From: Octopus vulgaris
Lineage: Eukaryota
DNA length: 64,000 nucleotides
NCBI GenBank assembly: GCA_951406725.2
Contig: OX597821.1
Coordinates: 60,822,001-60,886,000, forward strand
Direction of reading: 5' to 3'
In this document: in pieces, positions 14,602 to 27,069 of the stretch
Layout of the letters: every line of letters starts with the position of its first letter
Numbering within the stretch: the stretch's first letter is position 1
The notes under the pieces: generated by a model
The model's input: the letters and a program-made list of their open reading frames with translations, nothing else
Database searches by the model: none
Told to the model about the DNA's origin: nothing
Position numbers and translations under genes: made by a program

Positions 14602-14658
<57 letters not shown>

Positions 14659-14865
14659 GTCTCAATATATTTGGATGTATAAACTACATACTTCCACTGT
14701 CATATTTATTTTGGGTATGTCGTTAAGAAGATCGTTTTGAACCGACATACTTACGTGTTCAGTACTAATGCACGGTAAATATCTTTTACAATGATCCTGG
14801 GCCGGCAAATACCTCGTAGATGAGCTAGTAGACGGAAGGTGTGCTGTGTGGAAGTGCGCAGTATA

Positions 14866-14926
<61 letters not shown>

Positions 14927-15118
14927 AATATGTACAAACAATTAAGTATTTATACACGAAAGAGGTGACCTTTGAAAGAACACCTTACAAGCTAGAAAAG
15001 ACAATCAAAACCCAAACCACGAATATTAGCAATTTCAGAGAGAATGAAGATAGAAAGTGTTTATATATATATGTATGTATGCATGCATGTATCTCCCCCT
15101 TTCTCTCTCTCTCACTCT

Positions 15119-15160
<42 letters not shown>

Positions 15161-15164
<4 letters not shown>

Positions 15165-15828
15165 AGCTTATAAATAAGGGTAAACGAAAAATTTCTAATG
15201 CCAAATATACCGAAAATGGGACATATCGTCCATTAACCATATAATTTGTCACAATACGCACGCTACTCGAAAAAAAGCCGAGAGAAATTTCTAAAAAATT
15301 CCATTATTACCATATCGGACCGACTTCAGGGTTAGTTCGTAAGAACCCTCCCTTCGTCAGTGACAAATGTGGCAAAGAAATAAATGAGATTCTTACTCAT
15401 ACCCATGGAAGAAGCAAAACATTAAGTCATGAGCACAATTAAGTACCCCAAATACATCCAAAATAGAAATACTCCAGCCCATTCAAGACACGTGCGATTT
15501 GAACTGAGACTCTCATAGAGTGAGAGAGTCCGGAAGTGAACACTTAAATTTATATTTAATGTAGGATAACATTTTTTTCGAAAAGAAATGTTTAAAGGTT
15601 AAAATTATAAACAACTTATAAATAAGGGCAAACGAACTAACCCTGAAATCGGTCCGATATGGTAATAATGGAATTTTTTAGAAAATTCTGTCGGCTTTTT
15701 TTCGAGTAGCGTGCGTATCGTGAAAAATTATATGGTAATGGACAATATGTCCAATTTTTGGCATATTTGGCATCAGAAATTTTTTCGTTTGCCCTTATTT
15801 ATAAGTTGTTTATAATTTTAACCTTTGA
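15161..15828 (-). mobile_element. Penelope-like element 3' remnant with an inverted partial terminal repeat
   Basis: ~180-bp inverted repeat (15161-15340 vs 15632-15812). Minus strand reads ..KKCYPTLN.. near 15550-15580, resembling a GIY-YIG C-terminus, then a hammerhead motif. Confidence 0.6.
15313..15366 (-). ncRNA. Minimal type I hammerhead ribozyme-like motif
   Basis: Minus strand: tgtca CTGACGA AGGGAGGGTT-cttacgaact-AACCCT GAAG TCGG TC cgata. The inverted copy at ~15645 has canonical GAAA. Confidence 0.55.
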
Positions 15829-15887
15829 AGGTATTTTTTAATATGCTGGCCATTGATAATATATATATATATATATATATTATTTTA

Positions 15888-16260
15888 TTCTTATTTGTTC
15901 TGACTGCAGCCATGCTGGAGCACAGCCTTAAAGGGTTTTTTAGTCGAACAAATCGACTCCAGGACTTATTCTTAGTAAGCTTAATACTTATTCTATCGGT
16001 CTCTTTTGCCAAACTACTAAGTTACGGGGACGTAAACATACCAGCATAGATTATCGAGCGAGGGTGGGGGGGACATACGCAGATACACATATAAATGCGA
16101 CGAACACAACCAGAGGCACACACACATATATATATTCAATGAAATTCCAGAGTTTTTCTCAGGGTATTGGTCAGCCAGGGCTCTGAGAGTACCGTACAGT
16201 GGGACCGAACCTGAAACGATATGTTTCAAAAAGAGCTTCTTTTTAAGACAGTCATGCCTG
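15888..16260 (-). mobile_element. SINE family A, degenerate
   Basis: Reverse complement of the family A body and head. Confidence 0.75.
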
Positions 16261-16624
16261 TAATAAGAGGTCTACTTTGCCTTTCATCCGTTCGAGGTCA
16301 ACGAAATAAACTACTAGTCATGTACTAGGCTCGATGTAATCGTTCTGTCACCGCCTCTTATAATTGCTGGCTTTCCCGTTCAAGGAGATTGTTGCGATTT
16401 TGGATATTTATACAAAATGGATGCCGGTTCATCGGCCTTAGAAATCTAAAATAAAAGACTACTGCTTGTTCTCCAATCGTATAAAATATCACTAATTTAC
16501 TAGAATGTGAAGAGTATTCAATAAATATATCTGACTGTTCCATATACTGGGGACCGAGGGAGGAGTCTGTTGTGGTGATTGACCTGCAATAGATATCAAC
16601 CAAATCGCCATCAAATCACACTTT

Positions 16625-17280
16625 TTCTTAATCCTTTTTGCCCCTTGTGGGGCATAGGGCCTCAACAGTTGTTTTCCACTTTTTGCGGTCATTGGCGTGT
16701 TTGTTGGATGCTTCCCATGTCAGGCCGGTGGCCCTGAGCTCGTCCAAAATGCTCAGCTTCCATGTCTGCTTCGAGCGTCCTCGCTTCCGTTTCCCCTGCG
16801 GGTTCCAGCCAAGTGCATGTCGTGTCATATTTGAGGGTTCTTTCCGCAGTGTGTCCCCGATCCATCTCCATTTCCTTCGTCTAATCTGAACATGTATGGG
16901 TTCCTGGTTGGCCCTTTTCCACAGTTCGGTGTTTGGCACTCTGTCGAACCACTTCAGATGGAGGATCTGCCGGAGACTTTTGTTGATGAAGGTCTGGATC
17001 TTCTTGTAGTTGCTGCAGGTGGCTCTCCATGTTTCAGAGCCATACAAAAGAACAGATTTTACGTTTGAACTAAATAAGCGGAGTTTAGTTCGAGTTGAGA
17101 TGGCAGTGGACTTCCATACCGGCCGAAGAATAGCGAAGGCTTGCCAAGCCTTCTTGCTTCTTGCTGTGATGTACTCGTCTGATTCACCTGATTTTGCTGA
17201 TCTTGCTGCCAAGATAGACAAACTCACTAACGTCTTACACAGATGCCCCCTCGATTGTGATTGGCTCTTCCTGCACTACA
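16625..17280 (-). mobile_element. 5'-truncated RTE-clade LINE (post-RT C-terminal region)
   Basis: ORF 16628-17227 has AFAILRPVWKS..TKLRLFSSNVKSVLLYGSETW, RRKWRWIG, WNPQGKRKRGR and WKTTVEALC, typical of the RTE ORF end. Confidence 0.9.
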
Positions 17281-18055
17281 CTATCTAAAAAAGGGGTAGC
17301 CCAGTTCTTGATCCAGTATATAACTGATCATCATAACGGTAACACTCTCGTTAACTGACCTACTCGGTCAGGAATAAGCTAGTTCGTTCCAAGTGCTGTA
17401 ACTTCCTTTGACTGATCGTATTATGAAAAGAATTACATTTATATCTAACATTGATATAAGGCTGCGAGGAACAGGTATAGTTAATTGAATAATCTTCACT
17501 TCTGTTATTGATAGCCTGTCAATTGTAAAGGAACGATAAGCAAAGTAAAATTTAATGAATTTTAAACACGCAGAATATATATAGTTATATACCTGAAGGT
17601 ATCTAATCCGACATTATGTTTGTACCAGTTCCTTTATGTTTTGGAAGAAATTACATCAAAATGAATTGAAATGAAACAACATTAAACTAACCTCCTAATA
17701 TATTATAGTTGCTGCAATGTTATATAAAAAAAATGAACAATCACGTGTTAAAAAAATGAAAACTGTTCTCAAATATATATCACAATGTAAAGATGTTCTT
17801 GTGTAAATCAAAATACACATTAAACAAGTGAAATTGTATTCAACAATTGAAAAATGAAAGAAAAAATCCTAATGTGAAGTCTCTGCACATAATAGAAATA
17901 TGTAATTGTAAGAATTCTTATGGAGTTGCGCTATTGTATTGCTTGCTGGGTACAAATTCAATGTAAAGAAATAGAAAACAGCAACTATTGCTTTCACTGT
18001 CATTACCATTATAATGATGATGATGATGATGATGATAACTTTAATAATAATAATA

Positions 18056-18086
<31 letters not shown>

Positions 18087-18479
18087 AAATAATAATAATG
18101 ATAATAATAATAGTTTCTGATATAGGTAAAAAGTTAACTTCGGTAGAAAGGAACATTTGATCACATAATTGACTGGTACTTTATTTTATCGACCTAAAAA
18201 AGATTAAAACAAATGTGACTTCGATGAGATTTGAACTTTAGACATAGAGAACCAGAAGATCACAAGGCATTTTTTCCGACGAACTAACGAATCTGCTATC
18301 CTTCCAAACTTTTACAAGGGTTACAAAATATATCGAAAGAAACAAATGAAATTACATAAAACAGAAATAAAGGATAAAAACATTATACAAAATATATGTG
18401 AGGGTAAGTTAAAAATTCGATACCGTATCCCATCTTATGTCCTATGAATTGGGAATAAAACCAGTTTACTTTCAGAGGA

Positions 18480-19150
18480 ATCGAAAGTTAAAAACTGTAC
18501 GAAGCAGTAAAGATACTGTTTAAACTATTAAAGTTGACCATGTAACATATAAATGACCATATACTGTGCAGCACCTGAATTTGCACCATAGGCAAAAGCC
18601 CATGGTGGAAATGGATACTTGAGAATCAAATTGAACGGCTGATTAGAGATCTTGAAAGGACAAATGCTATAACTGAAATGAAGACGCCAAAGGAAAGTCA
18701 TGGGAACGAGATCCACTGGGGATTAGCTAGAGATAAGACAAAGAATTAAGGCAAAATCAAGTAAGGTAAAAACAAACCAGGAAAATTAGATGCTAACAAT
18801 GAATAAACGAACATCATCTGAGCAGGTTCTTCAGAAATAATGAAAGGAAATTTTGTCAAAAGCTGAACAATAGGAATGAACATCAAAAGAATGATATACT
18901 AAGTGCTGTATCAGCAAGGACCTTTTTGTTAGATAATTGGAGTAAAGAAATTTCACTGTAAGTCGGATCGGTACAGGAATTTAAAAGTGCAAAGGAATAC
19001 ATGCCAAGGTAATGGTATATATTGCTGTAGAGAAAATGAAAAATATGCATTAAAAATATGTAAATGGAAAGTTTCTGGATCCAACAATGTTCAAAAAACG
19101 CATGCATAGCTACATACAGGTGTGGTTTAATGGCTGGAACATTATGGATA
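18480..19150 (+). mobile_element. Heavily decayed R4/Dong-type ORF fragment (pre-RT region)
   Basis: Broken frames give PWWKWILENQIERLIRDLERTN, EIRQRIKAKSSKVK and KWKVSGSNNVQ, in the order expected for R4-clade PWWK.RLE / ELKQRI.AK / NWK.PG.D.V. Confidence 0.45.
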
Positions 19151-20379
19151 ACTATTATAACAGACGCAGATTATGTGTTACTGTTGCTAGGCTGCTGCTG
19201 TTCTCTTCGCCCTTCTCTCTCCCTCTCACTCTTACAACCATAGACTGTAAGAGCCATATGAGAGCATTCATTCTGCACAGTAGCCAGGCCTTCTGCTTCT
19301 CGCGATCAGGATCTCACTTTTACCCTTGGCATGACGCATCCAGTATAGTTTAATGATATCAAGGAATCACTAGAAATTACATGTCCTTTGAGGTCTGGCT
19401 CGACCACTTGTCATTCCTGGCCACCTCAGAGTTCATAATCTGTCAGTACAGTTCTACAAAGATGACGACCATCTAAATGTGTTTTAATGTAACCCTCATA
19501 TTTAATCTACGCGATCACTATGGCTCCGTCGTATGGGAATGTATGACACGTCAGCTTGGTCTTCTTTCTCCCCCACCGTACTTAGTGTGACAAATAGACA
19601 TACGTCTCCGTACCCCTTTCCTCGACTAATTAAAATACTTCGCTACTGATCGTTCCTTTAAGAGCATAAGAAAACCTGTCGTTTAAGAGATCCAGCGTTT
19701 GGTAATTTTCTTAATCTCTCAGCTCTTGAATGAAAGGCTCTGGCAAAGAGATGTCTCTTTGTTTACAAAATATTGCCGAGGAATTTGTTCTCGGCGAAGT
19801 AGTTAATTTTCAATATCTGCCTGTCACTGACAGTAATAGCAACGCTTAAACTACTGGCTTATTTAATATCTTCTTTATTTGACAAGCTGGTGTATGTGTG
19901 TATACTATTGTTATTGTTGTTTCTTCTACGACGTTCAAGTCTGCATTATTCAATATTAAATTGAGATTGTATTTAAGAATATATGTTTTATTTTCATTTT
20001 CTCCCGATTATCGTCAAAAATTTTTTCTTTATCTTCTTTTAAATTTGTTTACGTGTGTTCGAAGATTAGGTGACTGTTTCATTTCAGAGACGTGTATACA
20101 GTACTAATTCCTTTCTTGCTAATTCCTTTCTTATCATTCCTGTTGTAGAAGTAGAAGTCACATTGGAAATTGTTGTAAACAAAATAAACGCCAGGAAGAA
20201 ATATATATATATTTGCGCTTAAACACAGACCTTCTGTTGACAGACAGTAATGTCTCCAGTTTGTGAAATAATCCCAAAAGAAATAACTTTCCTCCTATAA
20301 AAATTGTTTTGTAACACTTCCATGAATAACAGACAAATATAAAAAAAAAAAAATATTTCAAATTTTAGACCAGCAATTT

Positions 20380-21540
20380 TAGACGCAGGTGATTAGTGAG
20401 TTACAACGACCCTGATACCTGTCTTTATTCTGTAGACCTTGAATAAGATGAAAGGCAATATTGCCCACAGTGGGAACATAAATGCCCCTCGCTATGTATT
20501 CGATGTCAATACCTATGCACCTTAGCGCCGCCTCAATATCTACTTGGGCTATCAAAGCCGCTCTTTCTGTGTCTGCTGAGATGCATTTGAAAAGTACCGT
20601 TCCTCTCTCCACTGCTTCAATTGCCTCTGATGAGACAGTCAGATTTGTCCAATTTTCCTCTTCTTTAATTGGTCTCCATGCCTTTGGGAGCGAGCATCTC
20701 CCTATTTCTTAGGTCTACGATACATCAGTGTTTGGTCTTGGCTGCTGCAAATCTATTTTTGATATTTTTATTTGTATTGTTTTCGCTGTCGTTTTTGTTG
20801 TTGTTGTCACTTTTGCTGCTGCTGCCGCTGTTGTCATTCTTATCGATGAGGTTGGTAAAATGCTAAGGCGGCGAGCTGGCAGAAACGTTAGCACGCCGGG
20901 TAAAATGCTTTGCGGTATTTCGTCTGCCGCTACGTTCTGAGTTCAAATTCCGCCGAGGTCGACTTTGCCTTTCATCCTTTCGGGGTCGATAAATTAAGTA
21001 CCAGTTATGCACTGGGGTCGATATAATCGACTTAATCCGTTTGTCTGTCCTTGTTTGTCCTCTCTGTGTTTAGCCCCTTGTGGGTAGTAAAGAAACAGGT
21101 ATTGGTTTTGTTGTTGTTGCTCTCGTCACTTTTGGTACTGCTGTTGCGTTCTTTTTCGTGGTTGTTGCTGCTCTCACGAATACTACTGTTGCGGCTGCTG
21201 CTGTTGTCATTTCTACCGCTGTTAGTGATCCTGCTACTATTGCTATTTCTTTTCGTTGTACTTTGTACCATGACAGTCTTGTTCTTCTCCTCTTCCCCTT
21301 CCCCTGTACTGTTGTCCGTAACAGAGGGAAGGGGAAAGAAGTCTTCATTTATTAGCATATTAGTAGGAGGGTTTGTTTTGTTTTTCCTTAACTCTTTCAA
21401 GACGCGCTCCACCGTCTTGTTGAGTTGTATTGATTCCATTAAATATTAACACTCACCGAATTTATTTGGTGGGCTGAAAATCGCCCCTCTGGGGGCTACA
21501 CAACCATTAAAACCAATAAGTTCCTGGTGCTTCTATTTAC
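20380..21540 (-). mobile_element. Probable 5' end/ORF1 relic of a LINE, interrupted by a SINE
   Basis: Minus-strand ORF pieces MESIQLNKTVERVLKELRKNK..(S/N/T-rich) and EAVERGTVLFKCISADTERAALIAQVDIEAALRCIG, no splice structure, broken by frameshifts. Family not identified. Confidence 0.35.
20865..21103 (+). mobile_element. SINE family B (Meta-domain-like core)
   Basis: Head AAGGCGGCGAGCTGGCAGAAACGTTAGC with B-box-like GAGTTCAAATTCC. Core gcctttcatcctttcggggtcgataaattaagtaccag resembles the MetaSINE core. Confidence 0.85.
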
Positions 21541-21663
21541 AACTTGGAATAAAACAATTATTACAAAAAAGAAAAAAAAACAATCCTGGAATAAATAAAT
21601 ATTTTGAACTGAACTTACTTGGAGCGTTCGAAAACATGTCCGATGTGTTCCGCAGCAAATATG

Positions 21664-21735
<72 letters not shown>

Positions 21736-21736
21736 T

Positions 21737-21856
21737 TGGAACCGCTCGAATACTCCGGCAGGTGCTCGAAAAATAAGAGGTGTTACCTTAATTCACTGGT
21801 AGTGAACAGCTGACACTGTAGTACATCTCCAGCGTTAGAAGATGTGCAAAGGCATT
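21737..21856 (+). mobile_element. 3' tip of R4/Dong-type LINE (family 1) inside (AAT)n
   Basis: Encodes GTARILRQVLEK-stop, then a short 3'UTR; (AAT)n on both sides. Confidence 0.75.
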
Positions 21857-21875
21857 AATAATAATAATAATAATG

Positions 21876-21918
<43 letters not shown>

Positions 21919-21979
21919 GAATAATAATAATAATAATAATGATGATGATGATAATAATAATAATGATAATAATAATAAT

Positions 21980-22398
21980 ATCTCGGCGAAAGAGTTTGAC
22001 AAGCTCAGAAAATATAAAGACCTGCTCATTGAAATTGAGAAAATGTGGCATCTCAAGGCGGTTACAATACCAGTGATCGTAGGATCACTAGGAATGATCA
22101 AGAAGGGAACCGAAAATTATATGAGAATGATCCCTGGCTTACCATCCCTGCAAGAAGTGCAAAAGATTGTCTTAACTGGTACATCACACGTATTGAGAAG
22201 AGCATTGTCGATGTGAGAACTATTACTATCCATGTATTTTAATTTAACTTTAAAAAAAAATGAACGACCTAGTGAGTTTAGTTTAATGGCCTACCGATGT
22301 ATACTATGAGTTTCTTTGCCCTAGGAGTCGGGAAGACACTCGGCAAGAAATGGAAGCAAATTTGAAAGAAGAAGAAAAAAGATAATAATAATAATAAT
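21980..22398 (+). mobile_element. 5'-truncated R4/Dong-type LINE (family 2), restriction-like endonuclease tail
   Basis: KEFDKLRKYKDLLIEIEKMW..IPVIVGSLG..VQKIVLTGTSHVLRRAL, stop at 22216, 3'UTR, then (AAT)n. Confidence 0.85.
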
Positions 22399-22532
22399 AT
22401 ATTCACAAGACCTGGCATCTTGGAGGAGGGAGATAAGTAGCATATATTTTATCGACCCTGAAAGAATGAAAGGCAAAGTCGATCCAAGCAGCATTTGAAT
22501 TCAGAATAACGGTTCTGCCAGCTCGCTGTCCT

Positions 22533-23255
22533 AGGGCACTCATCCTGAAATGGACACAGTTCCGATCAAGAACAGTCAACGAGAGAGAAGAAACCCTGCT
22601 CCATATGGAATTACATGGTCAGTTCCACCGTGAAACCAACAAATTAAAAGATCAGGAAGCATCATGAAAGTGGCTCAACAAGGGTGACCTAAAAAAAAGA
22701 ATACTGAAAACCTAATCAGGACTAGACATTGAATAACAACACAGTGAAAAAGAATATATACCACACAAGTGTAACGGACCTCTGCAGATTGTTCAGTGGT
22801 GGATGGAAGCACTCCGTCGGTTACGACGACGAGGGTTCCGGTTGATCCGAATCAACGGAACAGCCTGCTCGTGAAATTAACGTGTAAGTGGCTGAGCACT
22901 CCACAGACACGTGTACCCTTAACGTAGTTCTCGGGGATATTCAGCGTGACACAGAGAGTGACAAGGCCGGCCCTTTGAAATACAAGGTACAACAGAAACA
23001 GGAAGTAAGAGTGAGAGAAAGTTGTGGTGAAGAGTACAGCAGGGATCACCACCATCCCCTGCCGGAGCCTCGTGGAGCTTTAGGTGTTTTCGCTCAATAA
23101 ACACTCACAACGCCCGGTCTGGGAATCGAAACCGCGATCCTATGACCGCGAGTCCGCTGCCCTAACCATTGGGCCATTGCGCCTCCACTGTTCAGTGGTA
23201 GTGAACAGCTGACACCGTAGTACATCTTCAACGTTAGAAGCTGTGCAAAGACAAA
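22533..23255 (+). mobile_element. Internally deleted R4/Dong family 1 copy split by a SINE
   Basis: ELHGQFHRETNKLKDQEAS*KWLNKGDLKK..TENLI and DLCRL (start of a CCHC finger), joined to the same 3'UTR as 21790-21856. Confidence 0.7.
22801..23188 (-). mobile_element. SINE family C, full length, 11-bp TSD
   Basis: TGTTCAGTGGT at 22790-22800 and 23189-23199; tRNA-like head at the right end. Confidence 0.92.
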
Positions 23256-23256
23256 T

Positions 23257-23290
<34 letters not shown>

Positions 23291-23316
23291 AAACAACAGC
23301 AATAATAATAATAATG

Positions 23317-23369
<53 letters not shown>

Positions 23370-23750
23370 CCTTTCTACAAGGCCTAAAATTTGGGAGTTC
23401 ATTCGATTAGATCGATCTCAGTACAAAACAGGTACTTAATTTATCAACCCCGAAAGGATGAAAAGCAAAGTAGACCCCGGTGGTATTTGAACTCAGAACG
23501 TAATGTCAGACGAAATACCTATTTCTTTACTACCCACAAGGGGCTAAACACAGAGAGGACAAACAAGGACAGACAAACGGATTAAGTCGATTATATCGAC
23601 GCCAGTGAATAACTGGTACTTTATTTATCGACCCCGAAAGGATGAAAGGCAAAGTCGACCTCGGCGAAATTTGAACTCAGAACGTAACGGTAGACGAAAT
23701 ACCGCTTAACGTTTCGCCCGGCGTGCTAACGATTCTGCCAGTTCGCTGCA
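23370..23750 (-). mobile_element. SINE family B, internally duplicated form
   Basis: Two core units joined at gacgaaatac|ctatttctttactacccac. Confidence 0.85.
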
Positions 23751-23758
23751 TTGATAGC

Positions 23759-23844
<86 letters not shown>

Positions 23845-24272
23845 TAATAATAATAATAAATACGATGACATGGTAAAGCTGATGTCGACAATGGCCATCA
23901 CACTGCTGCTTCTGTTGCTGCTGCTGATGATGGTGGTAGCTACGTTATTCTGATATTTGTGGTAGTTTTCGTATAATTTGACATGTTTCTCAATAATGAA
24001 TTATATTTTGTGACAGATGACAAAAAGAGCGGATATTAAGATTAGGAAATGTAGCTTCGAAGATGCTGCATCTCATATATGCTGCTGCTGATGTTTACTG
24101 GCCAGGATGATGCTTCTCTTACTCTTAGTTCTGGTGGAATGTGTCATGGCGCTTATGCTGCTTAAGCGAATCGGTCCAATTAAAATTTTAACGTTGCACT
24201 TTTATTTGAACCAAATCTGATAAGCTTCCTTTGAATCATTTTCACTCGGAGTGGTTCATACACACACACACA

Positions 24273-24364
<92 letters not shown>

Positions 24365-24381
24365 AATACATATACATACAT

Positions 24382-24637
24382 GTGGAGGTGCAATGGCACA
24401 GTGGTTAGGGCCGCGGACTCGCGGTCGGAGGATCGCAGTTTCGATTCCCAGACCGGGCGTTGTGTGTTTGTTGAGCGAAAGCACCTAAAAGTCCACGAGG
24501 CTCCGGCAGCAGGTGGTGGCGACTCTCTGTTGTATTCTTTCGCCTCAACTTTCTCTCAGCTGGGGGGAACACATACGTCACAGAAAACGGGAAACCGGAC
24601 CCATGAGCCTGGTTAGGCTTGAAAAGGACGAAAAAAA
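24382..24637 (+). mobile_element. SINE family C, short-tail variant
   Basis: GTGGAGGTGCAATGGCACAGTGGTTAGGGC head; tail gagcctggttaggcttgaaaagg then an A-run. Confidence 0.85.
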
Positions 24638-26471
24638 TATATATACATACTTACAAACACACATACACGTGTACATATAGATATGCAAACATACATACAC
24701 ATGTCTATGTATATTAACAGACAAGAAATAGTTGTCGCTACAATCTTCTATGGGTTTTGTTGACTAGAATAATTATTTCAGCTGAATTTATATTCCCACT
24801 AGGTCGACATCACTATTCCCTGTAAGTAGAAAAAATTCGTAGGTTCTAACAGGTTGACTTTTAACACGAGAGCAATGTAAATTAAAGTTTTTCTTAAGGA
24901 TGACTCGTCATTCATTGCTTTTCTTCATAAATTTTGGATTATCCCTGTGTCTAATATTCGATACGTAACATTAATATAAAATGGTTAACATGAGCAATTT
25001 ATAAAATCACATAACATTTCTCTCTCTAAATATATAGCGGTATTGTTTTCATTAATTAAGTAACATTAGTTGCTTCGTTTTGTATTAATGTTGAAGATTT
25101 TATTGAAAATCCGATTCCTCATATTAATTGACTACAAATTGCTTTGAAGTTTGGAGCGTTATTTATATATATTGTTTTTGTTTCTAGTTGTATATATAAT
25201 TGAGCTTTCGAAGTATACTATGTAGTTTTCGTTTCCAGAGGAAATTATTCCCAACGTTGCTGCTGATGAGGATTCGTAATTTTACCTTTAGATATATCTG
25301 AGGCATCAACGTTTAAGAAGATCCGAGCAAAGTATGTTTATATATGTATCATACCAATTTTAATCAAGAAGCTTATACATTTTCCCCATCAATATAATCA
25401 TTTTATGAAGATAATTATATTTATTTGCGAAGAAAACATTCAAGAATATTTCTTTGATTCCATGATAAATCATTTTGAGCAATGTTTTACACAGTTACTT
25501 CCAAATATTCTCTGGTGTAGTCTTATGTTTGATATCCTAATCTGTCATGAAGTAATTTGACACACGAGTTTGTTATCTCCTCACGAAGATACTCAGAGAT
25601 GAATTTCATAAATGGAACATTGAATAAACATAGTTTTGATAAATTGTCATGATAAAAATATAATGTGGGCCGATTGCATTAGATTCCATTAATCAACACC
25701 AGCGGGGAAGCTTATGCTGATGCCTGCTTCTCTGGTTATGTATTATATGAGACAGCAAAATGTGGTATCACATAAGAAGCTGCATTAAATAATGTTTCTT
25801 TTGAGAGAAGAAATATTGTTTCATAATACATTATAAATGATATATGAAATTTGATATTATTGCAGCACTAAACAATGATTGTAGTTAATCACTTTATATA
25901 TTATTAGAGTAAGAAAGCAAGTGATAGATTATATAATATTAATAGCAAATAAACACAAGCTCATAGATATATATCATAGTTTATCCTAATCATGAGATTC
26001 TTCAACGGCTTGATTTATCGTATACTGAATGCTGTTTGGTAATCTGTCTATTACGCATTGTGCATTAATATAGCGATTCTCTTATCACTGATGTGGTGAA
26101 TATTGAGAAGGATTTTGTCATTGAGGAAGTCTAATAAGAGCAAAACATGCCCACAGTTGTCATCCCTACTTGCCTACATCAGATCGAAATAATATACGTC
26201 GAGCTAAAATATTATTTCCCCAGGAAATATATTGCTATTAATTAAGTTAACTCCTTCAGTGATAGCAAAAACACAACTGCGCCAAAATGGCGCAGGCATG
26301 GCTGTGTGGTTAAGAATTTCGTTTTGCAGCGACGTGGTTTTGAGTAAGTTTAACTGCGTAGCGCCTTGAGTAAAAGTTTTCCAGTAGCCATGGGTAAATC
26401 AATGCCATGAGCCGAAATTTGGTTGACGGAATCTCTGAGATATTCCATCGTATATATATGAATATATATAC

Positions 26472-26510
<39 letters not shown>

Positions 26511-26514
<4 letters not shown>

Positions 26515-26712
26515 ATCCAAACATGAAAACACAAAGAGAAAACACAACAACGTGAGGACGTGGAACAAATATAGTATTATTGGACGCTCAGGAAAGAAGG
26601 AAAGAAGGAGGGTTTAACGTTTCGAGCGGAGCTCTTCGTCAGAAACATAGGAAAAGGAAAGATCCAAAGAAGGGAAGACAGAGGAAAAAAATCGCCGACG
26701 GTACACGCGGTG
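26511..26712 (-). mobile_element. Penelope-type terminal-repeat fragment carrying a hammerhead motif
   Basis: Inserted next to (TA)n; similar in layout to 50240-50392. Confidence 0.55.
26612..26646 (-). ncRNA. Minimal type I hammerhead ribozyme motif, canonical core
   Basis: Minus strand: GTTT CTGACGA A GAGC-tcc-GCTC GAAAC GTT AAAC. Stem I GTTT/AAAC, stem II GAGC/GCTC, palindromic ACGT stem III. Confidence 0.7.
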
Positions 26713-27069
26713 TGTGTATGTTTGTGTGTATGTACATATCTGTGTGTCTTTGTGTGTATGTGTGTGTGTCTTTGTGTCCATCTTTGTCCCCTGCCACTTG
26801 GCAGCCAGTTTTAACTTGTATACGTCCTCTTAGCGATTCGAGAAAAGAGAACGATAGAATATCTGATTTAAGAGTATAAATACTGGGTTGCATTTATTCC
26901 ACTAAAACCCTCCATGGCAGTGCCCCAGCATGGCCGCAATACAATGACTACAACAAGTAAAAGATAAAAAGCAAAGGTAACTGTAAACAAACGATTCCAA
27001 TGAATGCTGAGGTGGAATACAATCACGGGAAGTTTAAGGGTGAAATATTAACGAATGTATATGAATATT

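Larger units (their letters stand above)
26289..26972 (+). mobile_element. SINE family A with a nested insertion in its internal microsatellite
   Basis: Head at 26289, body resumes at ~26713, tail at ~26970. Confidence 0.75.

Noticed and set aside
21660-23860. CRISPR-like repeat/spacer alternation
   Set aside because: The repeats are variable-length (AAT)n tracts and the spacers are retroelement fragments; eukaryotic context and no cas genes.
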